Shown: positions 1 to 12,189 of the stretch, piece by piece | How positions within the stretch are numbered: position 1 is the stretch's first letter | How the letters are laid out: every line of letters starts with the position of its first letter | Notes under the pieces: model-generated | Seen by the model: the letters and a program-made list of their open reading frames with translations, nothing else | What the model was told of the DNA's origin: nothing | The model's database searches: none | Translations under genes and position numbers: made by a program | Source of the DNA: Allosphingosinicella sp. | GTDB lineage: Bacteria; Pseudomonadota; Alphaproteobacteria; Sphingomonadales; Sphingomonadaceae | Assembly: GCA_035994965.1 (NCBI GenBank) | Contig: DASYKV010000066.1 | Coordinates: 2,328 to 66,327, forward strand | Length of the DNA: 64,000 nucleotides | Direction: 5' to 3'

Positions 1-368
1 GCGATCTTCAGCACCGCGAAGATGGCGAGGCCGGCGCCGAACAGGCTGAGGAAGTTGATCAGGACGATCCAGGCGAGCTTCGGCCCGTCGGCGTGGACAT
101 AATCCTCGACGACGACCTGGAGGCCGAGCTTGAGGTGCCAGAACATGCCGAGGATCAGGAGCAGCATTGGAACCGCGGCGAGCGGCGCGGTCAGCCATTC
201 AACAAGGGTGCGGTGATCGAGATCGGGCAGCCGCAGCAGCGACACGACCAGCCAGACCAGAAGCAGCAGGGTCGCGATCGCGGTGAGCCGCTCGAGCCAC
301 CAATGATGCGCCCCCGCTTGGGCCGAGCCGAGCCCGCGCGCCTGCCCGAGCGGCGTTTCCATCTTCAT
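1..368 (-). CDS. sdhD: Succinate dehydrogenase hydrophobic membrane anchor subunit (3' end runs off the window)
   Basis: Manual translation from ATG at 368: MKMETPLGQARGLGSAQAGAHHWWLERLTAIA; overlaps the sdhC stop (ATGA). Confidence 0.9.
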   Translation of the reverse strand, partial: MKMETPLGQARGLGSAQAGAHHWWLERLTAIATLLLLVWLVVSLLRLPDLDHRTLVEWLTAPLAAVPMLLLILGMFWHLKLGLQVVVEDYVHADGPKLAWIVLINFLSLFGAGLAIFAVLKI

Positions 369-820
369 GCCGCCATCCTCCCAAGGATGATCGCGCCCCA
401 GGCCAGAGCGGTCAGCAGCAGCGCGCCGACGATGACGATCACCGCCCACATCCTGTTGGCCTTGAGCTCGTAGCCGGCGCCGATGTCCATGACGAGGTGG
501 CGGATGCCGGAGAGCATGTGCTGGAACAGCGCCCAGGTCAGCCCCACCCCGATCGCCGCCCAGAACAGATATTTGACCCATTCCCAGACGCTCTTCTCGA
601 CCGTGAAGCCGGTGCCGGTGAACGATCCCACCCAGGCGGTGAACGCGGCATAGGCCTCGGGACCCCCCGAAATCGCGACCAGCCACCAGACGAACAAGGC
701 CGCGCCCAGGGTGGCAAGGCCGGTGCCGGTGACCCGGTGAAGGATCGAGACCGCCATGTGCGGCCCCCATTTCCAGATGGTGAGATGGGGCGACATCGGG
801 CGGAATGGATTGCGGTGCAT
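365..820 (-). CDS. sdhC: Succinate dehydrogenase cytochrome b556 subunit
   Basis: RPMSPHLTIWKW, SILHRVTG and HMLSGIRHLVMD motifs; three TM helices. Confidence 0.95.
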   Translation of the reverse strand: MHRNPFRPMSPHLTIWKWGPHMAVSILHRVTGTGLATLGAALFVWWLVAISGGPEAYAAFTAWVGSFTGTGFTVEKSVWEWVKYLFWAAIGVGLTWALFQHMLSGIRHLVMDIGAGYELKANRMWAVIVIVGALLLTALAWGAIILGRMAA

Positions 821-905
821 TCTGAAAAGCGCCCTTCGTTGCGGCTCGATGCGCTTTTACGCCGGGCGCGGGAGGTTGCAAGGGCGGGCGCGGCGAAGAT
901 CTGCT

Positions 906-1397
906 ATGGACGTGCTCATGCCCGAAATCCCGATCCTGGTGCTTGGCGTGATCTTCCTCACCCTCGCGCTCGGCCTGCCGCTGCTCCTCAAGCCGGACTC
1001 GGCCCTCCCCGACATGATCGGCTTAGCCATCCTGGCCGTGCTCGTGCTGGCCTATGTCTGGAGCTCGGGGGCCTATTGGACCCTGCTCCCGATCCTGGCC
1101 GTCCCGGCTTTCCTGGCCTGGCTGGACCGGGCCGGCGGAGAAACCGGGGCGGGCGATCGGACCCTCTTGCGGTTCCGGCTCTGGCGCGCGGCCAATCGCC
1201 TGCAACTGGCCCTGATCGCCGGCGTCCTGGTCCTGCTCGCGGCCGGATCCGGATTCGACACGCTTGGCCTCGTCGTCCCTTGGATCCTGGTCGCCTTGGT
1301 GGCGACGGCCGGGCTCCGGCACAGCTTCAACCGCTCCGCCCGGCGCGACGGATGCGCCCCGGCGGGAGAGGCCGGGCCGGTGGCAAGGCCGGAATGA
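906..1397 (+). CDS. Hypothetical multi-pass membrane protein
   Basis: Hydrophobic ORF from MDVLMPEIPIL with several predicted TM segments. Confidence 0.65.
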   Translation: MDVLMPEIPILVLGVIFLTLALGLPLLLKPDSALPDMIGLAILAVLVLAYVWSSGAYWTLLPILAVPAFLAWLDRAGGETGAGDRTLLRFRLWRAANRLQLALIAGVLVLLAAGSGFDTLGLVVPWILVALVATAGLRHSFNRSARRDGCAPAGEAGPVARPE

Positions 1398-1410
1398 CCG
1401 CGCGTCATCA

Positions 1411-1426
1411 CTAACATCATCTTAAC
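1411..1426 (+). promoter_or_regulatory. Putative CtrA box upstream of the chemoreceptor gene
   Basis: CTAA-catcatc-TTAAC, one mismatch from TTAA-N7-TTAAC. Confidence 0.5.
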
Positions 1427-1478
1427 CAATCCAGTCCTAACTGCGCCCCATGGCTTTCGCGCGAAGGGACGGGTTTCA

Positions 1479-2822
1479 ATGACAGGTGCGTCGGTTGCGG
1501 TCGGGGACGTCGGGCTCGAGGAGCGGATCGCCTTGTTCGCCCAGGATGGCGATCTCATCGCCGATTGCCGCGAAATCTGGTCGCTGATCGGCCCCGAGGC
1601 CGACCGAATCTCGCGCCAGTTCTGGGTCCAATATGCGCGCTCGGGCGAGGTCGGCCGCGAGATCGGCGCCGACAAGCTCGACGAGCTGACGGCCCGCATC
1701 ACCCCCTATATCGAGACCAAATATTCGAACCTGAGCAATCCGGCCTGGGCCGCGACCGCCGGTCATTATGTCGCCGCAGCGGCCGCCTCCGGCGTCTCGC
1801 TGACCACGCTCTTCGCTGGAATCTCCGCGGGTGCCCAGGCGGCGCACGACATCCTCATCCACGCGCTTGCCGGCGACCCCGAGCGGATGATCCGGCTCGG
1901 CAAGGCGCTGACCCAGGCGACGATCCTCGAGGTCGACGTTTTCTCCGCCCATTATGATGCGCTGCGCAAATCCGCCGAGCAGGAGCGGCGCGCCAGCCAG
2001 GGCGCCGACTTCAACAAGGAGATCATGAGCGTCGTCGAGCATAATGCGACGGGCTCGCGCAAGGTCCGCAGCCAGGCCGCCGACGCTAGCGCCGCCGCGC
2101 GCGGCATGCTCGGCAAGACCAGCGAGGTCGCCGCCGCCGCCGAGCAGAGCGCGGTGGCGATGCGCGAGGCGGCGCAGACCGCCGCCGGCCTGATCATGGC
2201 GATCGAGGAGGCCAGGAGCGAGGTCGAGGTCGCCGCCGGCGTCGCCGTGCGCGCCGGCGACCAGGCCAGCGAGGCCGTCAAGGTCAGCCAGGCGCTTTCC
2301 GCCCAGGTCGAGGCGATCGAATCGATCCTCGGCCTGATCCGCGACATTGCCGGCCAGACCAATTTGCTCGCGCTCAACGCGACCATCGAGGCAGCGCGCG
2401 CGGGCGATGCCGGCCGCGGCTTCGCAGTCGTCGCGCAGGAGGTGAAGAGCCTCGCCAGCCAGACCGCGCGCGCGACGGACGACATCACCGCCAAGATTTC
2501 CGCCATCCAGAGCGCCACCAAGCAGACCGTCGAAGCCAATGATTCGATCCAGTCCACCGTCGAGGAGGTGCAGGTCAGCGCCGACCGCATCCGCAAGGCG
2601 ATGGAGATGCAGGCGCAGACGGTGACCATGATCACCGCGGCCGTGGACGAAACCGCGCTGGCGGCCGATTCGATGTCGTCGACCATCGCCGCGATCCGCG
2701 CCGATACCGAGAATGTCGCAAGCGAGATCGACGAGGTCGAGAAGAGCTTCGGCGAGGTCGACGAGCAGATGGCCAAGTTCAAGGTCAGCGCCGGCAGGTT
2801 CGTGCAGAGCTTCGCGGCTTAG
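1479..2822 (+). CDS. Soluble methyl-accepting chemotaxis protein with a globin/protoglobin-like N-terminal domain
   Basis: [37 protein letters not shown] signalling hairpin; no TM; helical N-terminal sensor. Confidence 0.9.
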   Translation: MTGASVAVGDVGLEERIALFAQDGDLIADCREIWSLIGPEADRISRQFWVQYARSGEVGREIGADKLDELTARITPYIETKYSNLSNPAWAATAGHYVAAAAASGVSLTTLFAGISAGAQAAHDILIHALAGDPERMIRLGKALTQATILEVDVFSAHYDALRKSAEQERRASQGADFNKEIMSVVEHNATGSRKVRSQAADASAAARGMLGKTSEVAAAAEQSAVAMREAAQTAAGLIMAIEEARSEVEVAAGVAVRAGDQASEAVKVSQALSAQVEAIESILGLIRDIAGQTNLLALNATIEAARAGDAGRGFAVVAQEVKSLASQTARATDDITAKISAIQSATKQTVEANDSIQSTVEEVQVSADRIRKAMEMQAQTVTMITAAVDETALAADSMSSTIAAIRADTENVASEIDEVEKSFGEVDEQMAKFKVSAGRFVQSFAA

Positions 2823-2841
2823 TTGGGCCGGAGGAACGAGA

Positions 2842-2929
2842 ACCGTTCGGGCTGAGCTTGTCGAAGCCCTCTCCTTCTTCCAGCGCCTGAACAGAAGAAA
2901 AGCCCTTCGACAGGCTCAGAGCGAACGGT
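2842..2929. repeat. REP-like inverted repeat pair (CCCTTCGACAGGCTCAG type)
   Basis: accgttcgggctgagcttgtcgaagccc ... agcccttcgacaggctcagagcgaacggt. Confidence 0.8.
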
Positions 2930-2973
2930 GCGGGGGGTTTTCCTCCCGCACCAAGCGCTCTATCCGGCCTCGC

Positions 2974-3678
2974 ATGACCAGCCCCCTCCACATCCTCGTC
3001 ACCGGCACCAGCCGGGGGATTGGCGAGGCGATCCTCGCCGCCTTCGCCGGCCACCGCGCCGTCGGCCACGCGACAAGCAGCGGCGGCGGGCGGATCCCGG
3101 CCGACTTCGCGGAAGGGGGCGCCGCCGAGGGGCTGTGGAACGAGGCGCTGGAGCGGCTCGACGGCCGCATCGACGTCCTCGTCAACAATGCCGGCATGTT
3201 CGAGGCCAATCCCATCGAGGCCGCCGACTGGACCCAGCAATGGGAGCGGACGCAGAAGGTCAATTTGACCGCCGCCGCCGAGCTCAGCCGGCTCGCCGTC
3301 CTTCATTATCGCGCGCGTGGCGAAGGCGGCCGGATCGTCAACGTCGCCAGCCGCGCCGCCTATCGCGGCGACAGCCCGGATCACTGGCATTATGCCGCGT
3401 CCAAGGCCGGCATGGTCGCGATGACCAAGACCATCGCCCGCGCTTATGCCGGCGAGGGCATATTGGCCTTCGCGGTAACTCCGGGCTTCACCGCCACGGG
3501 CATGGTCGAGGAGTATATCGAAAGCCGCGGCGGCCTCGCCGGGCTGGGCGACCTCCCGCTCGGCCGCCCCGCCACGCCCGCGGAGATCGCCGAGACGGTG
3601 CGTTGGCTGGCGGTCGATGCGCCCGCGTCGGCGACCGGCGCGGTGATCGACGTCAACGGGGCGAGCTATGTGCGCTGA
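2974..3678 (+). CDS. SDR family NAD(P)-dependent oxidoreductase
   Basis: TGTSRGIG, NNAG and YAASK motifs. Confidence 0.93.
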   Translation: MTSPLHILVTGTSRGIGEAILAAFAGHRAVGHATSSGGGRIPADFAEGGAAEGLWNEALERLDGRIDVLVNNAGMFEANPIEAADWTQQWERTQKVNLTAAAELSRLAVLHYRARGEGGRIVNVASRAAYRGDSPDHWHYAASKAGMVAMTKTIARAYAGEGILAFAVTPGFTATGMVEEYIESRGGLAGLGDLPLGRPATPAEIAETVRWLAVDAPASATGAVIDVNGASYVR

Positions 3679-3682
3679 GCAG

Positions 3683-3817
3683 ATCCTCCCCGGAACGGGG
3701 AGGGGGACCAAGCGCAGCATGGTGGAGGGGTCGGTGCCGTTTCATGCTCGCTATCGCTCGCGACCGCTCCACCACGCCGCTTCGCGCCGCAGTCCCCCTC
3801 CCCGTTCCGGGGAGGAT
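3683..3817. repeat. REP-like inverted repeat pair (CCTCCCCGGAACGGGGAGGGGGAC type)
   Basis: atcctccccggaacggggagggggac ... gtccccctccccgttccggggaggat. Confidence 0.85.
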
Positions 3818-3819
3818 TT

Positions 3820-4731
3820 ATGACCAGCTGGAAAGTCACCCTGCCCTGCACCCGAGCGGAGGCCGAGGCGCTCAAGGAGGACATCGCCCAGTTCGCGGCG
3901 CTCGACTCGCCGCCGGTGCTGATGACCAGCGAGGCGGACGGCGAGGCGTGGCGGATGGACGCCTATTTCGAGGCGGAGCCGGGCCGCGCCGACCTCGACC
4001 TGCTGCGCGGCCTCGCGCCGAGCGCGGCGGGCGCCGAGCCCTTGGTCGAACGGCTCGGCGACGAGGATTGGGTGACCCTGAGCCAGGCAGGACTCCAGCC
4101 GATCCGCGCCGGCCGCTTCTTCGTCCACACGCCGGCGCACCGCGGTCAAATTCCGCCGGGCGCAATCGCCTTCGAGATCGACGCCGGCCGCGCCTTCGGC
4201 ACCGGCCAGCACGAGACCACCACCGGCTGCCTGATCGCGCTCGACCGGCTCAAGGCGACCGGCGCGAACGTCCACAATCTCGCCGATATCGGCACCGGCA
4301 CCGGCCTGCTCGCCTTCGCCGCCATGCACCTCTGGCCAGCGGCCCGGGCGGTCGCCTCCGACATCGACCCGATCGCGATTGCCGTGGCGGCCGAAAATGC
4401 CGCGCTCAACCATGTCCGGCCCGGCCGCGCGCGCGGCCAGCTCGAGTTGATCGTCGCGCCGGGCCTCGACCATCTCCGGCTCAAGGCGCGCGCGCCCTAC
4501 GATCTGCTCATCGCCAACATCCTTGCCGGACCGCTGATCGAGCTCGCCCCAGCTCTGGCCGGGGCGTTGGCGCCGGGCGGGCGGCTGGTGCTCGCCGGCC
4601 TGCTCGACCATCAGGCCGAAGGCGTGGCCGCGGCGTTCCGGCGCCAGTCGATGATGGCGGGCCAGCGCATCGACCGCGGCGATTGGCCGACTTTGGTCAT
4701 GCGCAAGCGCAAGGCGACGGGCTGGCGCTAG
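3820..4731 (+). CDS. prmA: Ribosomal protein L11 methyltransferase
   Basis: AFGTGQHETT, DIGTGTGLLA and ANILAGPL motifs. Confidence 0.92.
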   Translation: MTSWKVTLPCTRAEAEALKEDIAQFAALDSPPVLMTSEADGEAWRMDAYFEAEPGRADLDLLRGLAPSAAGAEPLVERLGDEDWVTLSQAGLQPIRAGRFFVHTPAHRGQIPPGAIAFEIDAGRAFGTGQHETTTGCLIALDRLKATGANVHNLADIGTGTGLLAFAAMHLWPAARAVASDIDPIAIAVAAENAALNHVRPGRARGQLELIVAPGLDHLRLKARAPYDLLIANILAGPLIELAPALAGALAPGGRLVLAGLLDHQAEGVAAAFRRQSMMAGQRIDRGDWPTLVMRKRKATGWR

Positions 4732-5078
4732 CGGCCGAGCAGGTGGGCGCGGGGTAGGCTGGGCCGCACGGTTCGCGTGGGCGAGACGCGCGTGCCCATC
4801 GCCCCATAACCTTCGCGGATCGTCACCGGCTCGGGGCAGCCGTCGACCTCGCGCATCACGGCGAGATCGAGATTTCCGGCCGGCAATTGGTCGAGCCGCT
4901 GCGCCGCGACCGTCCCGGCGAAGTCGGCGACCCGGGGCTCGCCCGGGCGGCAGCGCTCCGGGGGCGTCAGCCGGATGTCGCCATGTCGCGGAGCGGAGGA
5001 TGGCGCGGGCGCGGCGGGGGCGCCCACCGCGGACGCGAGGGCCAGGACGGCCAAAGGAACGATGCCCAGATTACGCAT
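4728..5078 (-). CDS. Small secreted hypothetical protein
   Basis: AAGGAG RBS then MRNLGIVPLAVLALASAVGA signal-like peptide; Cys pair. Confidence 0.65.
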   Translation of the reverse strand: MRNLGIVPLAVLALASAVGAPAAPAPSSAPRHGDIRLTPPERCRPGEPRVADFAGTVAAQRLDQLPAGNLDLAVMREVDGCPEPVTIREGYGAMGTRVSPTRTVRPSLPRAHLLGR

Positions 5079-5134
5079 GGCACTCTCCTTTCGATGGGAA
5101 GCGTATCGCACGAAAATGGGAGCTTCCGGGAGAG

Positions 5135-7687
<2,553 letters not shown>

Positions 7688-7691
<4 letters not shown>

Positions 7692-9340
7692 GCCGCCTCC
7701 AGCAGCCGCACCGCCTGGGCGCGCGCCTCGTCGGTGACCTGCGCGCCCGAGAGCATGCGGGCGATCTCCTCGCGGCGGCGGCCTTCGTCGAGCAGATGGA
7801 CGCCGGTGCGGGTGACCACGCCGTCATGGCTCTTCTCGATCAGCAGATGCATGGCGCCGCGGGCGGCGACCTGGGGGCTGTGGGTGACGACGAGGACCTG
7901 GCCGGCCTCGGCCAGCCGGTGCAGCCGCTCGCCGACCGCGCTCGCCACCGCCCCGCCGACGCCGCGGTCGATCTCGTCGAAGATCATCGTCGTCGCCCCG
8001 CCCTGCTCGGCGAGCGCGACCTTGAGCGCAAGGATGAAGCGCGACAATTCGCCGCCCGACGCGATCCTGACCAGCGGCCCGAACGGCGCCCCTGAATTGG
8101 TCGAGACTTCGAATTCGACGCGGTCGCCGCCGCTCGGCCCCGGCTCGGCGGCGCCGATCACGGTGCGGAAGCGGGCCTGGTCGAGCTTAAGCGGCGCCAG
8201 CTCGCCCGCCACCGCCGAGTCGAGCCGCGCCGCCTCCGCCTGCCGTGCCGCGGTCAGGGCCGCCGCCTCGCGGTCGTAGATTGCGCGCGCGTCCGTAAGC
8301 CCGGCTTCGAGCGCCGCGATCTCCGCGCCGCCGGCCGCGATCGCGCCGAGCCGCCCGCGCAGATCCTCGGCCAGCGCCGGCAGCGCGTCCGCCTCGATGC
8401 GATGCTTGCGGGCGAGCGCCCGGATCTCGAACAGGCGCGCCTCGGCCTCCTCGAGGCGGGCCGGATCGAAGGCCAAGGCGCCCTGCGCCCGCTCCAGCGC
8501 ATCTTCCGCCTCGGCCGATTCGATCACGGCCCGGTCGAGCGCCGCAAGGCATTCGGTCAGCATCGCATGCTCGGCCGCGATCCGGTCGAGCCGCCGCGCC
8601 GCCTGGCGAAGCAGAGCGAGGCCGCCTTCGGACCCCTGGAGCAGGCCGGCGATGGTGGCGAGCTCGTCGCCGAGCCGGGCGCCCGCCTGCATGCCGGCGC
8701 GCAGCGAGGCCAGCGCCTCCTCCTCGCCCGGCGTCGGCACTAGAGCGTCCAGCTCCTCGACCGCGTGAGCGAGCCAATCGCGGTCGCGCATCGCCTCGTC
8801 ATGCGCCGCCCGGGCCGCGGCGAGCCCCGCCTCCGCCTGCTGGACTCGCGCCCAGGCGGCGGCCGCCGGAGCGCCGTCGATCCGCCCGAAGCTGTCGAGC
8901 AGGCCGCGATGGCCGCGCGGGTTGAGCAGGCCGCGATCGTCATGCTGGCCGTGAATCTCGACGAGGCTGGCGCCGAGCTCGCGAAGCAGCCCGGCCGAGA
9001 CCGGCTGGTCGTCAACGAAGGCGCGGCTGCCGCCGTCCGCCTTGACCGTGCGGCGGATGACCAGCGGCTCGCCCGGCGCGTGGGCCAGTCCGTTCGCCTC
9101 GAGCAGGGCAAGCGCCGCATGGTCGCGGCCGATCTCGAAGGACACGCTGACCGACGCCTGCGCCTGGCCGGCGCGCACCAGGCCGCTGTCCGCCCGCATG
9201 CCGAGCGCCAGCCCGAGCGCGTCGAGCAGGATCGACTTGCCCGCCCCGGTCTCGCCGGTGAGCACGCCCAGCCCCGCCCCGAAATCGAGCTCGAGCGTCT
9301 CGATCAGCACGACGTCGCGGATCGAAAGGGCGGTCAGCAT
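7688..9340 (-). CDS. recN: DNA repair protein RecN
   Basis: LTGETGAGKS Walker A, HGQHD, ASGGE, FDEID and VTHSPQVAA motifs. Confidence 0.97.
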
Positions 9341-9375
9341 GAGGGGGTTGGACAGGGCATCGACTACCCCTCTAC

Positions 9376-9445
9376 GTCATTCCAGCGAAAGCTGGAATCT
9401 CACTTCGTTAAAGGCAAGGGAGATTCCAGCTTGCGCTGGAATGAC
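9376..9445. repeat. REP pair (GTCATTCC.GCGAAAGC.GGAATC family)
   Basis: gtcattccagcgaaagctggaatctc ... gagattccagcttgcgctggaatgac. Confidence 0.85.
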
Positions 9446-9453
9446 GGGAGGCG

Positions 9454-10275
9454 TCAGCGCGTCCCCGCCGCCGGCGCGGGGGCGGCGGCATCGGGGGCGT
9501 GGCGCTGGACCAGCTCGTAGGCGCGGCGGTACCAGATGCTCTGCGGGTAATTGGCGCCGAGCACCGAGGCCGAGCGCCGCGCCTGATCGGGGATGCCGAG
9601 CGCGAGATAGGATTCGGTAAGCCGCATCAGCGCCTCGGCCGCGTGGCTGGTGGTCTGGTAATCGTCGACTACGGTGCGGAAACGGATCACCGAGGCGAGC
9701 CATTGCCGCCGGCGCTGGTAGAAGCGGCCGATCTCCATCTCCTTGCCGGCGAGATGGTCGCGGACCAGATCGATCTTCAGCCGCGCATCGTCCGCATAAG
9801 GCGTTTCCGGATAGCGGCGGACGAGCTCGCCCAAAGTCTCGAGCGCCTGGCGGGTGATCGCCTGGTCGCGGGTGATGTCGTTGATCCGCTCGTAATAATT
9901 GAGCGAGATCAGGTAGAGCGCATAAGGCGCGTCGCGATTGCCCGGATGGATGGACAGAAAGCGCCGCGCCGATTCGATCGACTTGGTATACTCGCGCGCG
10001 GCATAATAATTGAACGCGCTCATCAGCTGCGCCCGGCGCGCCCAGACCGAATAAGGATGCTGGCGCTCGACCTCGTCGAAAATCACCGCGGCCTGCAGAT
10101 AGGAGCGGCTCCGCATCCGGTCCCAGCCGGCATTGTAGAGCGTGTTGACGTCGCGGGCGACGTAGCGCGTGTCGGCGCGGGTGCGGCCGCCGCCGCCGAA
10201 TGCGGCGCAGCCGGTGAGCAGGATCGAGCTGGCGGCGAGCGCGGCGAGGATGGCGGAGCGGGAAATCGTGTACAT
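9454..10275 (-). CDS. bamD: Outer membrane protein assembly factor BamD (lipoprotein)
   Basis: Lipobox LLTGC; ERQHPYSVWARRAQLM and HLAGKEMEIGRFY motifs; upstream of recN. Confidence 0.95.
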   Translation of the reverse strand: MYTISRSAILAALAASSILLTGCAAFGGGGRTRADTRYVARDVNTLYNAGWDRMRSRSYLQAAVIFDEVERQHPYSVWARRAQLMSAFNYYAAREYTKSIESARRFLSIHPGNRDAPYALYLISLNYYERINDITRDQAITRQALETLGELVRRYPETPYADDARLKIDLVRDHLAGKEMEIGRFYQRRRQWLASVIRFRTVVDDYQTTSHAAEALMRLTESYLALGIPDQARRSASVLGANYPQSIWYRRAYELVQRHAPDAAAPAPAAGTR

Positions 10276-10392
10276 GGCGGGCTTCTTAGCTGAGCGTTGG
10301 GCGAAGGCCAAGCGGCGTTCGCTAGGGTCGGTAGCAGAGAAAGCCCGGCCGATGAACGGCGCTTTAATGAGCGCCAAAAGAGCGCGCATGGA

Positions 10393-10507
10393 GTCATCCC
10401 GGCGAAGGCCGGGACCCACGAACTCAGTGGCCGGAAAAAAGGCGAAAGCGCTTCCGCTCCTCCTTCACACCACGGCGTTCATGGGTCCCGGCCTTCGCCG
10501 GGATGAC
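10393..10507. repeat. REP pair (GTCATCCCGGCGAAGGCCGGGACC)
   Basis: Inverted copies at 10393 and about 10482-10507. Confidence 0.85.
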
Positions 10508-10576
10508 TCCTGAGGTCTCCATCGCCCCGATACCGCAATTAACCTCGCCAAAGCGCTTTTCTGCTAAGGGCACGCC

Positions 10577-11758
10577 ATGCTGCGCGTGCTGACCCTGGCG
10601 ACCCTGTTCCCGAACGGCCTCAAGCCCAATCTGGGCGGGTTCGTCGAGCGCCAGACGCGCGCGCTCGCCGCGCGGGACGATGTCGCGGTCGAGGTGGTCG
10701 CTCCCGTCGGACTGCCGCTGTGGCCGCTGTCGCTCCATCCCCATTATGCGCCGCTCGCCGCGCTGCCGCCGCGCGAGCGATGGAACGGGCTCGCCGTCCA
10801 CCGCCCCCGCTACCGCGTCTGGCCCGTCATCGGCGCGGCGGGAAATGCCCGGCGGATGGCCGCCGCCTTGCTGCCGGTGCTGCGCGAGATCAGGACGCAT
10901 TTCCCGTTCGACGTCATCGATGCCGAATTTTTCTGGCCCGACGGCCCGGCGGCGATGCTTCTGGCCCGGGCGCTGGACGTCCCCTTCTCGATCAAGGCGC
11001 GGGGCAGCGACATCCACCTCTGGGGGGCGCGGCCCGGAATCGCGGCGCAGATCGTCGCGGCGGGCAAAGCGGCCGGCGGCCTGCTCGCGGTCAGCGGCGC
11101 GCTCAGGGCCGACATGGCGGCGCTCGGCCTGCCCGGCGAGAGGATCCGCGTCCACCATACCGGCATCGACCTCGACCTGTTCCGGCCCGTCGACCGCGCC
11201 GCGGCCAAGGCGGCGCTCGGCGTCGAGGGGCCGCTGCTCGTCGCCGCCGGCGCCCTGCTCGAACGCAAGGGCCAGGATCTCGCCATCGCTGCGCTGAAGC
11301 TGCTGCCCGGCGCGGCCCTGATCCTGGTCGGCGACGGCCCGGACCGGGCGCGGCTCGAAGGGCTGGCCAAGGGCGCGAACCTCCGCTTTCTCGGCAGCCG
11401 GCCGCATGCCGAGCTTCCCGCTCTGCTCGCCGCCGCCGACGTGATGGTGCTGCCGACCGTCTCGGAAGGGCTCGCCAACGTCTGGGTCGAGGCGCTCGCC
11501 TGCGGCACGCCGGTGGTGACCAGCGACGTCGGCGGCGCCCGCGAGGTCGTCGACCGGCCGGAGGCGGGCCGCCTCGTCCCGCGCGACCCCGCCGCGATCG
11601 CGGGCGCGGTGGGGGAGCTGCTCGCCAACCCGCCCGATCAGGCGAGGGTGCGGGAAAGCGCCCTGCGCTTCAGCTGGGACAAGAACGGCGCCGAGCTGTT
11701 CGACCACCTCGATTCAATCCGTCATTCCCGCGAAAGCGGGAATCCAGACCGACTTTGA
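10577..11758 (+). CDS. GT4 family glycosyltransferase
   Basis: SEGLANVWVEALACGTPVV GT4 motif; the last residues are encoded by a REP. Confidence 0.92.
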   Translation: MLRVLTLATLFPNGLKPNLGGFVERQTRALAARDDVAVEVVAPVGLPLWPLSLHPHYAPLAALPPRERWNGLAVHRPRYRVWPVIGAAGNARRMAAALLPVLREIRTHFPFDVIDAEFFWPDGPAAMLLARALDVPFSIKARGSDIHLWGARPGIAAQIVAAGKAAGGLLAVSGALRADMAALGLPGERIRVHHTGIDLDLFRPVDRAAAKAALGVEGPLLVAAGALLERKGQDLAIAALKLLPGAALILVGDGPDRARLEGLAKGANLRFLGSRPHAELPALLAAADVMVLPTVSEGLANVWVEALACGTPVVTSDVGGAREVVDRPEAGRLVPRDPAAIAGAVGELLANPPDQARVRESALRFSWDKNGAELFDHLDSIRHSRESGNPDRL

Positions 11759-11803
11759 GACCCGCCCGAACGCCGTCTGGATTCCCGCTTTCGCGGGAAT
11801 GAC
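11721..11803. repeat. REP pair (GTCATTCCCGCGAAAGCGGGAATCC)
   Basis: gtcattcccgcgaaagcgggaatccag ... ctggattcccgctttcgcgggaatgac. Confidence 0.9.
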
Positions 11804-11811
11804 GAGGAAGC

Positions 11812-12189
11812 TCAGAGCGGCATTAGCGCCGCAACGATCCACCTTCCCTCGCCGCGGAGAAGGCCCCAGGTGCGGGCGGCGGCGCGACTGTCCATTGCCT
11901 CCACACCGATCCCCTTCGCCTCGAGCGCGGCGATGAAGGCGCGCGGCGGGAAGCCGTGGGTGGGCCCGGTGCCGAGCAGCAGGAATTCGGGCGCGGGCGC
12001 GAGCGCGAGCAAAGGCGCGACGTGGCCTTCCGAAAGATCGGCGAGCGCCGGCGCATCCCACGCCGCCGCCGCCTCGGGGGTGAGCAGCGCCCCTTTCAGG
12101 ACCGCGCCGTCGATCGAGAAGCCGCCCGCGGCGAAGCCCTGGACGAGCGGCCCGCGCGCGGGGGCGCTTCTTTCCACCCGAGCGCTCAA
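11812..12189 (-). CDS. Mth938/NDUFAF3-like protein
   Basis: LLLGTG and GIGVEAMDSRAAARTWGLLRGEGR motifs; follows secF. Confidence 0.9.
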   Translation of the reverse strand: MSARVERSAPARGPLVQGFAAGGFSIDGAVLKGALLTPEAAAAWDAPALADLSEGHVAPLLALAPAPEFLLLGTGPTHGFPPRAFIAALEAKGIGVEAMDSRAAARTWGLLRGEGRWIVAALMPL

